Assembly: GCA_963630875.1 (NCBI GenBank)
Contig: CAVGOI010000006.1
Coordinates: 2,531-66,530 of the forward strand
DNA from: Mycobacteriaceae bacterium
GTDB taxonomy: Bacteria > Bacteroidota > Bacteroidia > Bacteroidales > Paludibacteraceae
DNA length: 64,000 bases
Direction of reading: 5' to 3'
Shown here: positions 10,140 to 19,809 of the stretch, piece after piece
How the letters are laid out: the number at the start of each line of letters is the position of its first letter
How positions within the stretch are numbered: the stretch's first letter is position 1
Program-made: the position numbers and the translations under genes
The notes under the pieces: model-generated
Database searches by the model: none
What the model saw: the letters and a program-made list of their open reading frames with translations, nothing else
What the model was told of the DNA's origin: nothing

Positions 10140-10288
10140 GGAGGTGGTGGGGTTTGGGTGTTTTTTCGGGTCGGTATTCCTGCGAAATTGATGCGAATAT
10201 GTGTCGGATATCATAGGGAGTTATAAACGCCAATGGCGTAATTTTTAATGTTCAATGTTTAATGTTTAATTGAGGGAAGAGAGGAGGA

Positions 10289-10933
10289 TTAGCGTTTTTG
10301 GATAAGCGTCAGACCATCGCGGAGAGGGAGAATGACCTTGTCCAAACGGTCGTCCTGCGCTACACGGTCGTTGAAAGCACGAAGACCCTGCGTCTGACGA
10401 TCCCGATCATAAGACGCGTCCACAATATGTCCATCCCACAAAGTGTTGTCCGCTAATATCCATCCTCCCTTGCGCACCAACGGAAAGACTCCATCCAAAT
10501 AAGCACAATACGAACGCTTGTCGGCGTCCATAAAAACCAAATCATAACCCTCTCCCCCCAACGAAAGCGGCGTCTGCGCACGCAAGAAATCCTCCGCATC
10601 GGCGATGAACAAACGAATCTTATCACACAACGGGGACAAAGATAGGTTCTGGCGAATCGTATCCTCCAACTCGTCGTTATGCTCCACCGTGGTGAGCAGA
10701 CCATCCTCCGTCAGACCCTCCGCCAAACACAACGCCGAATAGCCCGTGAATGTGCCGAGTTCCAACACACGGCGGGGAGCAATCATCCTACTGAACAGGC
10801 TCAATACGCGACCTTGTATATGCCCCGATAACATGTGCGGGTTCAACACCTCCGTGTAAGTGCGGCGGGCAATGGTCTGCAAAACAGCACTCTCTGCGGA
10901 TGAATGTTGCTCTATGTATTCAGAAATCGTCAT
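10289..10933 (-). CDS. Class I SAM-dependent O-methyltransferase (caffeoyl-CoA OMT-like, family 3)
   Basis: SAM motif VLELGTFTGYSALCLA and FMDADKRSY. I chose the start at MTISEYIEQ, since the upstream extension to 11029 looks non-protein-like. Confidence 0.8.
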   Translation of the reverse strand: MTISEYIEQHSSAESAVLQTIARRTYTEVLNPHMLSGHIQGRVLSLFSRMIAPRRVLELGTFTGYSALCLAEGLTEDGLLTTVEHNDELEDTIRQNLSLSPLCDKIRLFIADAEDFLRAQTPLSLGGEGYDLVFMDADKRSYCAYLDGVFPLVRKGGWILADNTLWDGHIVDASYDRDRQTQGLRAFNDRVAQDDRLDKVILPLRDGLTLIQKR

Positions 10934-10980
10934 CTGCGTCCTGCAAAAATCACTTTTCGCGGACAAAAGTACAGGAAAAG

Positions 10981-11011
10981 TTGCACATCCACAAATAAAG
11001 ATGTACCTTTG
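10981..11011 (+). promoter_or_regulatory. Promoter TTG-N20-TACCTTTG for lrp-trpS
   Basis: ttgcacatccacaaataaagatgTACCTTTG, 25 nt upstream of the ATG at 11036. Confidence 0.55.
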
Positions 11012-11035
11012 CGGGTGAAATGAAGACAAAATGCT

Positions 11036-11512
11036 ATGGAGAATATAGAACGAATTGACGACATCGACCGTAAAATCTTACGCGTCATCACACTCAATGC
11101 CCGCATCCCCTTCAAAGATGTAGCCGAACAGGTAGGGCTCAGCCGCGCCGCCGTACACCAACGCGTGCAGAAAATGTTCGATAACGGCGTGATTACCGGC
11201 TCGTGCTATCAGGTAAACCCCAAAATGCTCGGCTACAACCTATGCGTGTATATCGGCATCACATTAGACAAGGGAAGTATGTACGAGTCGGTGAGCGCCG
11301 AGTTGGACAAGATACCCGAAGTGGTGGAAAGTCAGTTTACTTTGGGAACCTACTCGATGCTCGTGAAGTTGTATGCGCACGATGACCAACACCTGATGAG
11401 GCTGCTCAACCGACAGATACAGGAAATACCGGGCGTTGCCAACACAGAGACCCTCACGGCATTGGACAGGCGTATCAACCGTGCCCTGCCTATCAACTGC
11501 CAAGAAGAATAA
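11036..11512 (+). CDS. Lrp/AsnC family transcriptional regulator
   Basis: 158 aa with an N-terminal HTH (DDIDRKILRVITLNARIPFKDVAEQVGLSRAAVHQRVQKM) and a C-terminal RAM/AsnC_trans_reg domain. Confidence 0.9.
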   Translation: MENIERIDDIDRKILRVITLNARIPFKDVAEQVGLSRAAVHQRVQKMFDNGVITGSCYQVNPKMLGYNLCVYIGITLDKGSMYESVSAELDKIPEVVESQFTLGTYSMLVKLYAHDDQHLMRLLNRQIQEIPGVANTETLTALDRRINRALPINCQEE

Positions 11513-11523
11513 GATATAATCGT

Positions 11524-12513
11524 ATGGAAAAGGTAATCAGCGGCATACGCCCGACAGGCAACCTGCATTTGGGCAACTATTTCGGGGCAGTGAAAAGTTT
11601 CGTGAAGATGCAAGAGGAATACGACTGCATGTTCTTTATCGCCGATTGGCACTCCCTGACGACGCATCCTACACCAAGCAATATCCGCGACTCGGTGCGT
11701 ACGATTCTCTCCGAGTACCTCGCCTGCGGCATAGACCCTGCAAAGGCACCGATTTATGTGCAGAGCGATGTGAGGCAGGTGCTGGAACTGTACCTGTATT
11801 TCAACATGAATACCTATCTCGGCGAGTTGGAACGCGTAACAAGTTTCAAGGAGAAAGTGCGCCAAAACCCCAATAATGTGAACGCAGGACTGCTGACCTA
11901 CCCTACCCTGATGGCTGCCGATATATTGGTGCACCGCGCTGACAAGGTGCCTGTGGGCAAAGATCAGGAACAGAATATGGAGATGGCACGCCTCTGCGCA
12001 AGACGCTTTAACCGCATCTATCAGACCGAGTACTTCAAAGAACCCGAGTCGTTCCATTTCAACGACAAAGCCGTTAAGGTACCCGGACTGAATGGTACCG
12101 GCAAAATGGGCAAGTCGGAGGGCAATGCGATCTACCTCTGCGACGACGAGAAGACCATTCGCAAGAAGGTGATGAGTGCTGTAACCGACGCCGGTCCGAC
12201 CATGCTCAACCAAGAGAAACCGGAACCGATACGGAACCTGTTTACTCTGATGGAATTGGTGTCCGACAAGCAGACCTACGACTACTTCGACGACCAATAC
12301 AACCACATGACTATCCGCTACGGTGATATGAAGAAGCAGTTGGCAACCGATATCAACGCATTCTGCACGCCGATACGGGAGCGGATACTGCAATACCGCA
12401 ACGACGAGGCGTATCTCTCGCAGGTGGCTGCCGCAGGAGCCGAAGCCGCACGGACGAGCGCCGAAAAGACCCTCGAGGATGTGCGGGAGATAATAGGATT
12501 TCGCCGCTTGTAA
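11524..12513 (+). CDS. trpS: Tryptophan--tRNA ligase
   Basis: 329 aa. Class I aaRS HIGH-type motif (TGNLHLGNY) and KMSKS-type motif (KMGKSEGN), with typical TrpRS length. Confidence 0.95.
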   Translation: MEKVISGIRPTGNLHLGNYFGAVKSFVKMQEEYDCMFFIADWHSLTTHPTPSNIRDSVRTILSEYLACGIDPAKAPIYVQSDVRQVLELYLYFNMNTYLGELERVTSFKEKVRQNPNNVNAGLLTYPTLMAADILVHRADKVPVGKDQEQNMEMARLCARRFNRIYQTEYFKEPESFHFNDKAVKVPGLNGTGKMGKSEGNAIYLCDDEKTIRKKVMSAVTDAGPTMLNQEKPEPIRNLFTLMELVSDKQTYDYFDDQYNHMTIRYGDMKKQLATDINAFCTPIRERILQYRNDEAYLSQVAAAGAEAARTSAEKTLEDVREIIGFRRL

Positions 12514-12522
12514 CCCCGAAGT

Positions 12523-12759
12523 ATGAACCGACATTGTATATGGATAGGAGCAGGTTTGTGGGCAATGTTGCTGTTGCCGGCACTATGGGTACGCGCCGAT
12601 GTGTTTGTGGATGACGCCTATTACTGGTCGGACGGCACAAGCAGCGAGGCGGTCGAGGAGCAACCAGCATACAACAAGCGGGCACGCGAGTTGGTGTTCA
12701 TAGACGATACGGTGGCGCCAGTCGATACCGTGCGTATGCGCATAATAGAGCAACGATGA
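12523..12759 (+). CDS. Small hypothetical secreted/membrane protein
   Basis: 78 aa with a hydrophobic N-terminus (IWIGAGLWAMLLLPALWVRA). ATGA overlap with the following outer-membrane protein gene. No recognised family. Confidence 0.35.
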   Translation: MNRHCIWIGAGLWAMLLLPALWVRADVFVDDAYYWSDGTSSEAVEEQPAYNKRARELVFIDDTVAPVDTVRMRIIEQR

Positions 12760-14192
12760 AGCAGATAGGCTTTGGCATATTGATGGTGGCAATGTCCGTG
12801 GTGGCAGTACGCGCCCAAGACATACAGCGCTTCGCCCAACGCGACTTGTCGGGTTCAGCGCGCTATGTGGGTATGGGAGGAGCCATGACTGCTGTGGGCG
12901 GCGATGCTTCGGCGGTAACGGACAACCCTGCCGGCTTGGGCGTCTATCGGCGGCAAGAGTTGGCGGTAACAGGAGATTATATGTGGGACTACACGCACCC
13001 CGTAGGCGAGCGTACGAGCCAAAAAAAGGATCGGGGGTCGCTGCCGGAGTTGTCGTTGGTGTGGTCGTTTAGGCACACCAACCGCGAGCAGGGCGTGCTG
13101 TACAACAACCTGATGGTCAGTGCACACCGTCTCAAGACTTTCAACCGCTCCATATCCGTGCAGGGAGCCGGAACGGGGCTGTTGGAGACGATTTGCAAAA
13201 AGACCAACGGGCTGGAAGCGAGTGCGTTTGACAACGGCGATATAGACCAACTATGGAATAATACCGAACTCGGCTGGCTCAGCATATTGGGTTATGAGAA
13301 TTACCTCATCAATCCTGTGGACGGCGATGAACGGAAATGGGAACCCGCCACGCGCTTCACGGAAGCAACGCTGAACATTAAGGAGAGCGGTTATGTGGAG
13401 CAGTACACGCTGGCGTGGGCGATGAATATCAGCAATCAATGGTATGTGGGGTTGGGATTGAATATTCCCACCATGCACTATCAGAAAGTGACTACACTGA
13501 CCGAGAGCAACAACCGCCAAAACACCACGCTGACCAGCGAGTTGTATGCCAACGGTACGGGGGTCAGCGGCTCGATCGGACTGCTTTACCGCCCTTGTCA
13601 GTGGGTGCGTATCGGTGCTGCGTTCCAGACGCCTACGCTCATGGATATCAGTCTGCAGTCGGCGGGTACGATGACCGCAGAGATGGACTCCATCACCTCG
13701 TGGGATACGCCCGAGAGCGCAAGCGGCTACATGCGTTGGACACTGCCCATGCGCTCCAGCGTGGGAGTCGCCGTGCAGGTGAAGCAATACGCGCTCCTGT
13801 CGTTGCAGTGGGACTATGCGCACCAGTTCGGCAAGTTGGAAAAGACAGGCGTGATGGATGTGCACAGCCTGCGTGCGGGAGCAGAGGCGGCGGTGTGGAA
13901 AGGGCTGTATTTCAATGCCGGCTATGTGTATGAGTCCACGTTCCGAGAGGGCTTGGTCGCCGAGTTGGGCTATAATTCCGTGCGCACGGACACCGACTAC
14001 CGCCTGACGCCCTCCTCGCAAAACGCCACTTTCGGAGTCGGCTACCGCGGGAACTGGTTCCTATTCAATCTCGCCTACCAATACGGTTGGCAGCGTATCC
14101 GACAATACGCCACCGAGATGCAGACGGAGCCTTTCGACATCGCCACACGCACCCACCGCGTGGTATGCACGGTGGCATGGCGCTTCAATTAA
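12756..14192 (+). CDS. Outer-membrane beta-barrel protein (PorV/FadL-like, uncertain)
   Basis: 478 aa with a signal peptide (VVAVRAQ). N-terminal motif ARYVGMGGAMTAVGGDASAVTDNPAGLG, alternating beta-strand pattern, and an aromatic C-terminus (VAWRFN). Confidence 0.55.
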   Translation: MKQIGFGILMVAMSVVAVRAQDIQRFAQRDLSGSARYVGMGGAMTAVGGDASAVTDNPAGLGVYRRQELAVTGDYMWDYTHPVGERTSQKKDRGSLPELSLVWSFRHTNREQGVLYNNLMVSAHRLKTFNRSISVQGAGTGLLETICKKTNGLEASAFDNGDIDQLWNNTELGWLSILGYENYLINPVDGDERKWEPATRFTEATLNIKESGYVEQYTLAWAMNISNQWYVGLGLNIPTMHYQKVTTLTESNNRQNTTLTSELYANGTGVSGSIGLLYRPCQWVRIGAAFQTPTLMDISLQSAGTMTAEMDSITSWDTPESASGYMRWTLPMRSSVGVAVQVKQYALLSLQWDYAHQFGKLEKTGVMDVHSLRAGAEAAVWKGLYFNAGYVYESTFREGLVAELGYNSVRTDTDYRLTPSSQNATFGVGYRGNWFLFNLAYQYGWQRIRQYATEMQTEPFDIATRTHRVVCTVAWRFN

Positions 14193-14232
14193 CAAATCGT
14201 ACATCGTTAAGTCGTAAATCGTAAATAAACAC

Positions 14233-14427
14233 AGTGCTACATTGCTCAGAGACCGGAAAACTCAACAGTAAAATCAAAACGAGGTAAATGCCTTTCCAAT
14301 GGCGTGCCAATACTCTCCGCCGTGACCTGGTACAATCACAGTAGCGATGAGTCGGTTGGATTACAACGGGTTGGTACACCTCAAATCCTATTTTTAGGAG
14401 TTTTCTCGCGTACAGCAATGTAGCACT
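14233..14427. other. 195-nt element closed by a perfect 14-bp inverted repeat (candidate structured RNA or MITE)
   Basis: agtgctacattgct (14233-14246) is the exact reverse complement of agcaatgtagcact (14414-14427). A further internal pairing gaaaactc (14256-14263) / gagttttc (14398-14405) extends the helix. The element is intergenic. Confidence 0.3.
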
Positions 14428-14455
14428 TTTGTTAGTCTAATCATAAACTGATGCC

Positions 14456-15826
14456 ATGAATATCCGTGCTTACATTGCTGACAATCGCACCCGTTTTCTC
14501 GAAGAATGGGCAAGTCTTATCCGCATTCCGTCTGTCAGTTGCCAGCCCGAACATCGGGAGAATATGCAGCGTTGTGCCGAGCGTTGGCGCGACCTGCTGT
14601 CAGCGGCAGGCTGCCGGCGGGCAGAGGTCATGCCCTCCAATGGCAATCCCTTTGTCTATGCCGAGTATGAGCCTGCGACAGCGGCGGGCGAAAAAGTGCC
14701 GACCGTCCTCGTCTATGCCCACTACGATGTCATGCCGGCGGAGCCTTTGGAGCAGTGGTTGTCCGACCCGTGGGAGCCTTCCATCCGTGACGGTCGCCTC
14801 TATGCACGCGGTGCCGATGACGACAAGGGACAGGCGATGATTCAAGCCAAAGCCTTTGAGTATATGGTACGCGAAGGGTTGATGCGTTGTCGTGTCAAGT
14901 TCATTTTCGAGGGCGAAGAGGAGATAGGCAGCCCTTCCCTCGAAGCCTTTCTGCACAAGCACAAAGCCCTCTTGGCGTGCGACATCATCCTCGTGAGCGA
15001 CACTTCGATGATTGATAAAGACACCCCTTCTATCACTACGGGTCTGCGCGGGCTGGCGTATTGGCAAATCGAGGTGGACGGTCCGTGCCGCGACCTGCAC
15101 AGCGGGCATTTCGGCGGTGCGGTCAAGAACCCTGCCAATGCACTCTGTGAGATGCTTGCACAGGTGGTGGACAAGCACGGGCGCATTACCATTCCGCATT
15201 TCTACGACGATGTACTGCCTATTCCTGCGGCGGAACGCGGTATGATTGCCGAGATACCGTTTTCCGAAGAGGCATACTGCCGCGCCATTGATGTGGACGC
15301 CACTTTTGGTGAAGAGGGGTACTCCACTTTGGAGCGCAACTCCTGCCGCCCGTCGTTTGATATTTGCGGGATATGGGGCGGCTATACGGGCGAGGGGAGC
15401 AAGACGGTATTACCGTCCAAAGCCTTTGCCAAAGTCAGTTGCCGCTTGGTGGCGAACCAAGACCACGAGCGTATCAGTCGGGCTTTTGCCGATTATATGC
15501 AGCAACTCGCGCCGACGGGTGTGCGTGTCCGTGTAACGCCCATGCACGGCGGGCAGGGCTATGTCTGCCCGATTGACATACCCGCGTACAAGGCAGCAGA
15601 GAAGGGCTTTGAGGTCGCTTTCGGCAAACGCCCCTTGGCAGCACGGCGCGGTGGCAGTATTCCTATTATCTCTTCTTTCGAGCAAATCCTCGGCGTGAAG
15701 ACTATCCTTATGGGCTTCGGCTTGGAGCAGAACGCCATTCACTCGCCCAACGAGTCGATGGACCTCGATACTTGGGAGAACGGTATCGTGGCGGTTGCGG
15801 AATTTTACCGAAACCTCCCGCTATAA
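14456..15826 (+). CDS. M20-family dipeptidase/metallo-hydrolase
   Basis: 456 aa with metal-binding motifs YAHYDVMP and GADDDKGQ, plus an EGEEEIGS acidic pair. Confidence 0.85.
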   Translation: MNIRAYIADNRTRFLEEWASLIRIPSVSCQPEHRENMQRCAERWRDLLSAAGCRRAEVMPSNGNPFVYAEYEPATAAGEKVPTVLVYAHYDVMPAEPLEQWLSDPWEPSIRDGRLYARGADDDKGQAMIQAKAFEYMVREGLMRCRVKFIFEGEEEIGSPSLEAFLHKHKALLACDIILVSDTSMIDKDTPSITTGLRGLAYWQIEVDGPCRDLHSGHFGGAVKNPANALCEMLAQVVDKHGRITIPHFYDDVLPIPAAERGMIAEIPFSEEAYCRAIDVDATFGEEGYSTLERNSCRPSFDICGIWGGYTGEGSKTVLPSKAFAKVSCRLVANQDHERISRAFADYMQQLAPTGVRVRVTPMHGGQGYVCPIDIPAYKAAEKGFEVAFGKRPLAARRGGSIPIISSFEQILGVKTILMGFGLEQNAIHSPNESMDLDTWENGIVAVAEFYRNLPL

Positions 15827-15943
15827 CCGCCCTGTCTTTGTGCTGTTAAGTATAGGTGATTCGTAGGTGATTCCCGATAGGATATCGAAGGCATATCGTA
15901 GTTGTGTCATGTTTTGAACGAACTTTTATGGAGGACAGAGTCT

Positions 15944-16663
15944 ATGCGCATCATCATCATTGGTCGTGGCAATGTAGCCACTAATTTGGACTACGCCTTT
16001 CGTTGTAAGGGTGTGTCGTGTACAATGGTCAGTAGTCGTGAGGGGTTAGACCGCATTCCGCAGCATGCGGATGTGTATCTCTACGCCGTTCGGGACGAAG
16101 CGTTGGCGGAGGTTATCGCGCAGGTGCATGTTCCCGAGCGAGCACTTCACCTGCACACATCGGGGTCTGTACCGCTCTCGGTCTTTGGTGCGGACAAGCC
16201 CCACGCCGGTATCTTCTACCCTTTTCAGACTTTCAGCAAGGCGTATATCATAGAGGATTTCTCGGCAGTGCCTGTGTTTTTTGAAGCACGGGGCATTGAC
16301 GATGTGAGTGCGGTTTATTCCTTGGCTCTGATGATTACTTCGCATGTCTATGAAGCGAGCCAGCACGACCGCGAGCGGTTGCATGTAGCGGGGGTGTTTG
16401 CCAACAATTTCACCAATCTGATGTACGCTTTGTCGGCGGATATTTTACGCGATACGCATATCCCTTTCTCGGCACTTCTGCCGTTGATTGATGAAACAGC
16501 GAACAAGGTGCATACCCTCTCGCCGCACGATGCCCAAACGGGCCCTGCACGCCGTGGCGACACCAATATCCTGCACCACCACCTCTCCCTGTTGCAACAC
16601 ACACAGGCGTACGAGGTCTATCAACAACTGACAAAACTGCTACAGGAGCGTTATTCTCGGTAA
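15944..16663 (+). CDS. Rossmann-fold NAD(P)-binding / DUF2520-like protein
   Basis: The start MRIIIIGRGNVATNL is a dinucleotide-binding GxGxxA motif. Length is about 240 aa. The listed ORF start at 15902 is a TTG extension. Confidence 0.6.
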   Translation: MRIIIIGRGNVATNLDYAFRCKGVSCTMVSSREGLDRIPQHADVYLYAVRDEALAEVIAQVHVPERALHLHTSGSVPLSVFGADKPHAGIFYPFQTFSKAYIIEDFSAVPVFFEARGIDDVSAVYSLALMITSHVYEASQHDRERLHVAGVFANNFTNLMYALSADILRDTHIPFSALLPLIDETANKVHTLSPHDAQTGPARRGDTNILHHHLSLLQHTQAYEVYQQLTKLLQERYSR

Positions 16664-16668
16664 GCGCA

Positions 16669-17946
16669 TTACGACTCCCAAAGATGCTGTAGCCATGCAG
16701 CCATTTTCTGTTCTTGCGGACTGCCTTGTGCCGTCCAGAACCGAGTGCCGACAAGGTCGTCCGGTAAGAATTGCTGTTTGACAAAGTGATTGGGAAAGTT
16801 ATGGGCATATTGGTATCCCTCGCCATAACCTAACTCTTCCATAAGTTGTGTCGGAGCATTGCGCAAATGCAACGGTACGGGCAGATTGCCGGTATCCGCT
16901 ACGGTTTTAAGGGCGGCATCAATGGCTAAATAGGCGGAGTTGGATTTCTGCGAAGTCGCCAAATAAACGGTCGCCATTGCCAACGGTATGCGTCCTTCCG
17001 GCCAGCCTATCTTGGCGATAGTATCAAAGCAGGCATTGGCAACCAGTAGCGCATTCGGATTCGCCAATCCTATATCCTCACCGGCAGAAATAACCAAGCG
17101 GCGTGCAATGAATTTCGGGTCTTCTCCTGCGGTTATCATGCGGGCTAACCAATAGAGTGCTGCGTCGGGGTCACTCCCGCGTATAGACTTGATATAGGCG
17201 GAAATAATGTCGTAGTGCAACTCTCCGTCCTTATCGTAGGCAACAGGGTTTTGCTGCAGTTGTTGCGTAACGGTGTCATTGTCTAACACACGCACCCCCG
17301 CATTGGCAACCAACTCCACGATATTGAGCAACTTACGGGCATCGCCTCCCGCATAACGCAAGAGGCTATCCGTCTCCTTCACCTCCATAGACAGGGAGCG
17401 GAGATACTCGTCCTGTGTCAGTGCGCGCCGGAGCAGTCCCAGCATATCCTCTTTGCCCAAGGGCTTGAGCACATACACCTGACAACGACTCAACAGGGGA
17501 GTTATCACCTCGAAAGAGGGATTTTCGGTGGTTGCACCGATGAGGACAATTGTTCCGTCCTCCACCGCACCGAGCAGGCTGTCCTGTTGGGACTTGGAGA
17601 AACGGTGTATCTCATCGATAAACAAAATGGGGGGTCGGCGGTCGGAAGAGGCTGCGAATATGCCGCTATTCAGAGCCGAAGACCGTCTGGCTTTGTCTAT
17701 TACCTCACGCACCTCCTTTACGCCGCTTGTAACGGCAGACAGCGTATAGAACGGGCGTTCCAAGCGATGGGCAACAATACGGGCCAAGGTCGTCTTCCCT
17801 ACCCCGGGCGGACCCCACAAGATAAAACTGCTCAGGTTTCCCGTCTCTATCATCGTACGCAACACAGCCCCGGTGCCAACCAAGTGCTGCTGTCCGATAT
17901 ACTCGTCTAATGTCTGCGGCCGCAACCGCTCTGCCAATGGTAACAT
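16669..17946 (-). CDS. rarA: Replication-associated recombination protein A (AAA+ ATPase)
   Basis: MLPLAERLRPQTLDEYIGQQHL, Walker A GPPGVGKTT, Walker B LFIDEIHRF, and the MgsA C-terminal domain (HYDIISAYIKSIRGSDPDAALYW). The start at 17946 is supported by a promoter 23 nt upstream. The longer ORF to 18096 reads through a repeat element. Confidence 0.9.
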   Translation of the reverse strand: MLPLAERLRPQTLDEYIGQQHLVGTGAVLRTMIETGNLSSFILWGPPGVGKTTLARIVAHRLERPFYTLSAVTSGVKEVREVIDKARRSSALNSGIFAASSDRRPPILFIDEIHRFSKSQQDSLLGAVEDGTIVLIGATTENPSFEVITPLLSRCQVYVLKPLGKEDMLGLLRRALTQDEYLRSLSMEVKETDSLLRYAGGDARKLLNIVELVANAGVRVLDNDTVTQQLQQNPVAYDKDGELHYDIISAYIKSIRGSDPDAALYWLARMITAGEDPKFIARRLVISAGEDIGLANPNALLVANACFDTIAKIGWPEGRIPLAMATVYLATSQKSNSAYLAIDAALKTVADTGNLPVPLHLRNAPTQLMEELGYGEGYQYAHNFPNHFVKQQFLPDDLVGTRFWTAQGSPQEQKMAAWLQHLWES

Positions 17947-17968
17947 ACCTTTATTCCGTTTGCACGCG

Positions 17969-18000
17969 CAAAGATACAACAAATTTTTGGAAAAGGCAAA
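17969..18000 (-). promoter_or_regulatory. Promoter TTTG-N20-TATCTTTG for rarA
   Basis: The minus strand reads ccTTTGccttttccaaaaatttgttgTATCTTTG. Confidence 0.6.
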
Positions 18001-18016
18001 GGAAATAAAAACAGAG

Positions 18017-18132
18017 AATATAGGACCAATCAGCCACTCATCTCGCACGGATATCCATACCACATCCATAGCATATCCATAGCACATCCATAGCACTACC
18101 TTACCACCTATAACTCTTATAAGGGTTTTAGA
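18017..18132. repeat. Promoter-proximal intergenic repeat, copy A
   Basis: aatataggaccaatcagccact...atatccataccacatccatagca...ctaccttaccacctataactcttataagggttttaga aligns with 42373-42477. Confidence 0.7.
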
Positions 18133-18216
18133 GGGTGGTTAGACTGCCTTGTATTGTTAATTATGAATTAAGAATGACGAATTATAACGGATGAATGGGG
18201 TATGGTAAATTGGGCA

Positions 18217-19353
18217 TTAGGCTTGGGGCTTTGCGGCGGAGTGCTTTTCTATCCAACGGAGAAAGGGTCTTAATGTAGTTTCGTTGTAAGGAATAAAGGT
18301 TTTGCTATGACCTATCAATACTATCGGTATCGGCTCGGTAGCGTTACTGCCTGCTGCACCTGCATAGTGGGGACTCGTACTGCCTGCTGCAGTGGCGGGG
18401 GGCGTAGTTGTGCGGTTGGCGGCGGGTTGGGATTCTATGGTCGTTAGGCGGGATTCTATGTGGCGGAGCATGGCGATCAACTGACGGGAGCGTAGTTGAT
18501 TGAAGTCCATCTTCAACGGGCTGCGAGTGAAGAAACTGCGCAGCGTGATACGACGGTTATCCGCCTGCTCTATCCGCGGCTGTGGCACGGTTGCCTCCAC
18601 AGGGCGTTTATGGCGGTGTAACTTGGCACGGAGCATACGGTATAGGCGTATGGGACTGACGAAAGCGTAGAACGGACGCATCTCGGTGTATATTGGCAGT
18701 TCGGTGATAGCCCCCGCAGGGTCATAGTCGTTGATATTCCGAGCCGAGGCGGTGTAAGGCAAGAGATTGTCATAAGCCGTACGATAGTCGTAGCATACCG
18801 AGCCGCCCTGACAACCGCCCTTATAGACCGAAGTGTCGTGCGTAATACCGTACTCCGTCAGCACCTGATACAACGCAGGCGTGGGCATCATGCTCCAGTT
18901 AGCCGCACGAAAGAGCCACACTTTGTAGTCCGCCCGCACAGGTCGCAGCAACGCTTCGAGATAGCAGACGCACTCGCCCACCATCGCTCGGATACGCTCT
19001 ATGGGCAGTGCCGCCATGTTATAGTCTTCGATGCATTGGTCAAAGTGCTTGCCGTCCCATTCGGCACGGAAATAGGAGGAATGAATATGCAGTTGCACCT
19101 CATGCCCTCTACGAACGGCATCCCGTAGTTGCTCCTCTATCTCGGCGACATGAAAGTCATCACGCCCTGTCTGTTCCCGATAGCGTCGGAAACAGAGAAT
19201 CTCTGCCACATCTGCCATTATCACAAGGTGTTGCTTATAGTCCTCCAGCAAGTTCATTAGGCGATAGGTCGGCTCCACCATCAGTGCCTGCGGATTGCCG
19301 TCGCCATTGCCGTGTATCTCGTAATCCAAAGTGAAGAGCAGTTTATAGGTCAT
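18217..19353 (-). CDS. Polysaccharide deacetylase-like (CE4 / glycoside hydrolase-deacetylase fold) protein
   Basis: 378 aa. N-terminal FTLDYEIHGNG and a later QLHIHSSYF resemble the Asp/His metal motifs of CE4-superfamily enzymes. There is a low-complexity insert near the C-terminus. Confidence 0.5.
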   Translation of the reverse strand: MTYKLLFTLDYEIHGNGDGNPQALMVEPTYRLMNLLEDYKQHLVIMADVAEILCFRRYREQTGRDDFHVAEIEEQLRDAVRRGHEVQLHIHSSYFRAEWDGKHFDQCIEDYNMAALPIERIRAMVGECVCYLEALLRPVRADYKVWLFRAANWSMMPTPALYQVLTEYGITHDTSVYKGGCQGGSVCYDYRTAYDNLLPYTASARNINDYDPAGAITELPIYTEMRPFYAFVSPIRLYRMLRAKLHRHKRPVEATVPQPRIEQADNRRITLRSFFTRSPLKMDFNQLRSRQLIAMLRHIESRLTTIESQPAANRTTTPPATAAGSTSPHYAGAAGSNATEPIPIVLIGHSKTFIPYNETTLRPFLRWIEKHSAAKPQA

Positions 19354-19783
19354 AACAGAGTATTTTATCGGTTGGGAGTTGTTTGTAGAGCGAGAAACCG
19401 ACCTTTCGGTATAGGTTCTGCGCCCGAAGGTTGTTGTCTGCGACTACCAAATAGACCCGCTGAACTTTCCGCCGCCGTAGTTCGGCGATAAGGCGCTGCA
19501 TAAGTTCCGTGCCGTAGCCCTTCCCCCGCTGTACAGGGTCTATCCAAATATCGTACAGCCACCACGAGTAACGCTTTATCTCACGGCTGAACTTACGGCG
19601 TATCACCCCACAGCCAAGCAGCGTATTTCCTTCTTTAAGCAGCATAAAACAAGACGCATAAAGTCCTGATAATGAGAGTATTGCATACCCCCCCCTATTG
19701 GTGTACTTGCGTATCTCCTTATCAGGGAAATAGGCATGAACTACGGCATAATCCGCTTGGGTATACGGAACGAGTATCGGCAT
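19343..19783 (-). CDS. GNAT family N-acetyltransferase
   Basis: 146 aa with acetyl-CoA motif A (VQRGKGYGTELMQRL). Overlaps the downstream gene by 11 nt. Confidence 0.85.
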   Translation of the reverse strand: MPILVPYTQADYAVVHAYFPDKEIRKYTNRGGYAILSLSGLYASCFMLLKEGNTLLGCGVIRRKFSREIKRYSWWLYDIWIDPVQRGKGYGTELMQRLIAELRRRKVQRVYLVVADNNLRAQNLYRKVGFSLYKQLPTDKILCYDL

Positions 19784-19809
19784 AGTCGGTAAGTAGATAG
19801 AAATCGGAA

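Noticed and set aside
17947-18096. N-terminal extensions offered by the ORF track for rarA (to 18096), fcl (to 39357), folA (from 32665), bactofilin (to 29328), the O-methyltransferase (to 11029), alr (to 10111) and the small membrane protein (from 29671).
   Set aside because: The extensions read through repeats or promoters, or overlap the upstream gene out of frame, and they lack similarity to the family N-termini. Consensus -7 boxes lie inside or downstream of the extended starts.
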